The translations under genes were made by a program, and so were the position numbers. Shown here piece by piece: positions 61,466-64,000 of a stretch of DNA of 64,000 nucleotides (its first letter is position 1; each line of letters starts with the position of its first letter). The notes beneath the pieces are model-generated. The model did not search any database and was not told the origin of the DNA. It saw only the letters and a program-made list of their open reading frames with translations. This stretch comes from Eledone cirrhosa. Taxonomy: Eukaryota. The stretch spans positions 334,800,001-334,864,000 of the forward strand of contig OZ024743.1 of the NCBI GenBank assembly GCA_964016885.1, given 5' to 3'.

Positions 61466-62075
61466 GTCAGGTCACCAGTTGGTGCTACTGGTAACATGTA
61501 TCCCAGTACAACCTGTTTCATGGTCGGGTCGTTGGCGACTAAACTGGCAACCCCACCAAGTTTTCTTGGTGAGGAGGGTGACTTTGGACATCCTGCAGGA
61601 CTAAAAACAAAACCTGTCAAAGGGCAAAGGAGCTCTTAAGAGTCAATGGCCATCCAAAATCACCGGGAGAGATGACCCCTTAGCCTTTGTCAAGGCAGAA
61701 TTCTAGGAGAAGGAAAACTCTGATATAACACCTGCAACCCTGATGGTATCCAATGATGTTGACTTGTTCTTCTTTTTGGTAAATATCATCTTGGTTAAGA
61801 GAGTGGGACTGGCTTTGTGCAGTGCCTTTGCTCACTATAAAAGCTTCATGGCACAGGCATTGCTTTATATCTGGAGATCTCTCTGCACTTGTCGTCACAT
61901 GGTACCATGGGCCCAGCACTATGTGTCAATAATTGTCACAAGTGTAGTGTTTGTACCAGAGTTTTCAAGTCGCTGGCTGGACTCAAAAGTCACACTCGTT
62001 CAGCGCATCGGTAGGGATTCTCCTACATGGATATAAAGTAGTGGCCGTACTCGAAAACGAGTTGGCAGCCACCAT
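61466..62075 (+). mobile_element. Full-length non-autonomous RTE retroposon
   Basis: Same 5' start (gtcaggtcacc) and 3' end as 48937-49546. Confidence 0.75.
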
Positions 62076-62579
62076 GTATACATATACGTTTTTAATTTAT
62101 ATATATATTGGTGCTATTTGCTTACTGAGTGGGAAAAACAGAGAGTATATTTATCCTAAGTAGGATGCTCTGCTCTTGAATAGTTACTCTAAGTTTCACA
62201 ATCGCTGAAGATGAAGTGATTAATGAGGAGTAACAGTGCGATAAGAAATAAGAAACAATATTTGAAAACATCTAGATGGGATTTATTTACAATAGATCGT
62301 AATTTGATTGGTTGAAGAAAAAATCACTAAGTAAAGGCATCAAATAGCCATCACTATATGCAGCAGTATGTCAACAGTTCAATTCTCTATCAATCATAAT
62401 CTTATGTAAATAGGCAAGAAAATACGATTTTCGAATCTAGTTGTGCCCTCTCCTGAAGGCGTCTATATCATCAAAAGAACCACAAGGAACACGAATTTGG
62501 TGGGCTTATATACACACTCGCTCCTAGTACTAATCTGTATACACACACATACACACATATATATATATATTTATATATA

Positions 62580-62660
<81 letters not shown>

Positions 62661-62892
62661 GTATATATAAATATACAGTTGAAAATATCAGTTGAAAATA
62701 GCAAATTTGACTGTCACCACAGGATATGAACCTGAAGATTGTGGAAGCATGAAAGTACTTGTTCAATTAAAACTTCACATTTAGTATTCTACTATACTAT
62801 TTCATTCTAATACCATTATAAATTTTAAAGGATTGTAAATAAAACGAGTAAATTAGACAAAGTTGAAAATCCTTTTATTAATATAAATATAC

Positions 62893-62973
<81 letters not shown>

Positions 62974-62974
62974 T

Positions 62975-63562
62975 ATAGCGGCGATGAATTAGTTTTGCGA
63001 GGTTTTTTATATGAAATCGTGTGTCGAAACAGATATTGTTATATTTGGGGAGGGTCATATTTGCGTAATATTGCCAGAATTAATAACAGAACACACTCAC
63101 TGTTTGGTTGGTTTTCGCTTCTCGCTGTCTTTTATATATATATATCTGCGATCTAACTTACTCGGTCCTCAATGTTGCCATTGACTGACCGGCGGTCAAA
63201 AATAATACAGATACAATATAGACAAACACATATATATATAGTTTACATAAAAAATGAACAAAAAAAATGGCGTAGACATACAACACAACAGGAGGAACAA
63301 TGAATATAACACCACTGACGATGTTGCAGATGTGCAACGAAAGATTTATGTAAACTATATATATATGTGTTTGTCTATATTGTATCTGTATTATTTTTGA
63401 CCGCCGGTCAGTCAATGGCAACATTGAGGACCGAGTAAGTTAGATCGCAGATATATATATATAAAAGACAGCGAGAAGCGAAAACCAACCAAACAGTGAG
63501 TGTGTTCTGTTATTAATTCTGGCAATATTACGCAAATATGACCCTCCCCAAATATAACAATA
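62975..63562. mobile_element. PLE terminus as fold-back with hammerhead-like motif in the spacer
   Basis: 63035-63248 is inverted to ~63345-63562; CTGACGA-tgttgcagatgtgcaac-GAAAGATTTA at 63315-63348. Confidence 0.8.
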
Positions 63563-63568
63563 TAAATA

Positions 63569-63604
<36 letters not shown>

Positions 63605-63605
63605 C

Positions 63606-63665
<60 letters not shown>

Positions 63666-63667
<2 letters not shown>

Positions 63668-63935
63668 AAAGCGGGTAAAATTCCCGAGATCCATGGACGA
63701 GTTCTCTCCAGCGGTCTCTGACCCTCATTATAGCTGCCATGTCCTGCGTCTCCAACAGACCAGTGTCTGACATTAGGGCATCAACATACGTCAACCTTGG
63801 TCTTCCTCTTCCAGTGTGTCCATGTAGGGGCTCCCAAAGGAGCACTGAGTGCAATGTCAACTCTGGATGTCGGTGAGCATGTCCAGCTAACCTCAGTTTC
63901 CTCTGTGTCACTTTTGAGCTGACTTTTGGGATGCT
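63666..63935 (-). mobile_element. RTE/RTEX LINE 3' end
   Basis: RKLRLAGHAHRHPE..VLLWEPLHG..GRGRPRLTYVD..DRWRELV. Confidence 0.85.
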
Positions 63936-64000
63936 ACACGAGAATGCTGATGATGGCTCTGAACATTAATCAGTATACACTGAGGATGAAATATATATAT

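Noticed and set aside
61466-61590. Canonical HDV-like or twister ribozyme
   Set aside because: Could not place P1.1 GG directly after P1, nor a paired twister P2; kept only as a hypothesis in findings.

Overview
This is AT-rich animal DNA, almost entirely repeat-derived. The (AT)n/(AC)n/(AG)n load, tRNA-derived SINEs and transposon mix suggest a coleoid cephalopod such as Octopus (inference). No host exon, rRNA, tRNA gene or CRISPR array could be supported; most listed ORFs are microsatellite translations ([12 protein letters not shown]). The window is a mosaic of: Penelope-like elements (PLEs; RT + GIY-YIG) from several families, many with inverted terminal duplications and minimal type-I hammerhead ribozymes (HHRs); RTE and CR1/L2-type LINE fragments; SINEs; Helitron remnants; hAT fragments; and minisatellites. 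Top finding: the PLE at 4985-7815 is strongly A-to-G hypermutated on its sense strand. By my manual count about 50 of about 64 differences from a sister copy are A-to-G, an outgroup copy fixes the direction, and conserved Tyr codons have become Cys (YVDD to CVDD). It looks like an ADAR-hyperedited RNA written back into the genome. Second finding: a ~426-nt non-coding tandem repeat with one hammerhead per unit (retrozyme-like). Coordinates and counts were read by eye and may be off by a few bases.
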